From Octopus sinensis (Eukaryota), in assembly GCF_006345805.1 (NCBI RefSeq), contig NC_043022.1:16864001-16928000 (forward strand): 64,000 nucleotides of DNA, written 5' to 3'. Shown here one piece after another: positions 62,910 to 64,000 of this stretch (positions are counted from its first letter, which is position 1; every line of letters begins with the position of its first letter). Made by a program: the position numbers and the translations under genes. The notes beneath the pieces were generated by a model, which saw only the letters and a list, made by a program, of their open reading frames with translations, was not told the DNA's origin and made no database searches.

Positions 62910-63561
62910 CCCATGCCCACACACAAATGTAGGTGTGACTGTAGGGTAAGAAGTTTGCTCCCAAATCTCATAATTTGAGGTTCTGTTCCACTGTGTGGCA
63001 CCTTCAGTAAGTGTCTACCATAGTCCTGGGCCAACCAACGCCTTGTGAAAGGATTTGACAGACACAAACTGAAACAGGTCCATCATATGCATATTTGAGT
63101 GTGTGTGTGGGCCTTATGTGTTGTGTGTGTGGGGGGGCCTTATGTGTTGTGTGTGTGTGTGTGGGCCTTGCCTTGACATCGCATGACAGTTGGAAGCAAG
63201 CGTGACTTTCATGCAAGCATTTTCAGCAAATTGCCATTATAATTACACAAAGGTTGTAGAAACATTATATCTAATTGCAACAACAATTAGCTGGATTGCA
63301 TCTGTGCTCTGTAAAGCACCGAATACCTGTTTTCTCTTGATTATTATCGTTAGTAGTAGTAATAGTAGTATTTCTATGACTTGGCCAGTATTCCTGGAGT
63401 GGAGTGTGACACCCACAACTGACCCTGATCCTGTGATTACGTGTCACACTTCACAACACCTTTTATTTGAGATAGACAGGTAGGTAGGTAGGTCGATAGA
63501 TAGATAGACAGACAGACGGACAGATAGATAGACGGATAGATAGATAGACAGACAGATAGAT

Positions 63562-63890
63562 AATTGTTAAAGAGGACAACAAACGTAAAGGCTATACCCT
63601 TCTCATTTCCCCTATTTCTCTCTGATGACAGAACATCCTATACTCTGGGATATCCCAGAAACAGCTGGAAGACTTTGCATTTTTCCAATAATAATAACAT
63701 CTATGACATGAGATGTTTGTCTTGCCTCAGCGTTTGTTGCCCTCTTTAACAATTCTATATCTGCCACATCAGAAATCTACAATGGTTCTATGACTCCCGT
63801 CCCAGCTACAACCTTGGAGCCCTGGTAATCCGTTACAGCACTTACCCAGCATAGATCACCTGTGAACTAAACCCCCATATTTTGTAGATA
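63562..63890. repeat. Diverged member of the 58-kb hairpin-headed element family
   Basis: aattgttaaagaggacaacaaacg...cgtttgttgccctctttaacaatt, then accttggagccct and cacctgtgaa; the loop differs from the 58-kb copies. Confidence 0.8.
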
Positions 63891-64000
63891 AATAAATAGA
63901 TATGTATAGTATATATATATGTGTGTGTGTGTGTATATATGAGTGTGTATGTGTGTATATGTGTGTGTGGTGTGTGTGTGTGTGTGTGTGTGTATACCCA

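Overview
AT-rich, repeat-dense animal genomic DNA. The SINE/LINE families and very long (TA)n/(CA)n/(GA)n tracts resemble an octopus-like coleoid cephalopod; this is an inference. One protein-coding gene is supported: a minus-strand TMEM26 homolog with 4 coding exons (59935-59745, 21333-21168, 19578-19369, 18176-17424; 439 aa). All its introns are GT-AG and in phase, and intron 1 is ~38.4 kb with a 100-N gap. The rest is mostly decayed mobile DNA: two abundant tRNA-headed SINE families, RTE LINE 3' ends, Penelope-like (RT/GIY-YIG) fragments, three Tc1/mariner lineages (DD41D, DD37D, Tc1-like), a Gypsy integrase remnant and MITE/foldback elements. Almost all ORFs in the track are microsatellite artefacts. 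The most notable signals are: (1) several hammerhead-ribozyme motifs at Penelope-like ends, including one with an intact catalytic core on the TMEM26 sense strand in intron 1 and a U3-A8 core variant; (2) a 144-bp foldback with symmetric tandem G.A mismatches and a GCGAAAGC cap; (3) a frameshifted, signal-peptide-bearing, Cys-rich intronless reading frame in intron 1. Repeat boundaries are approximate and family names come from motif recognition, not database searches.
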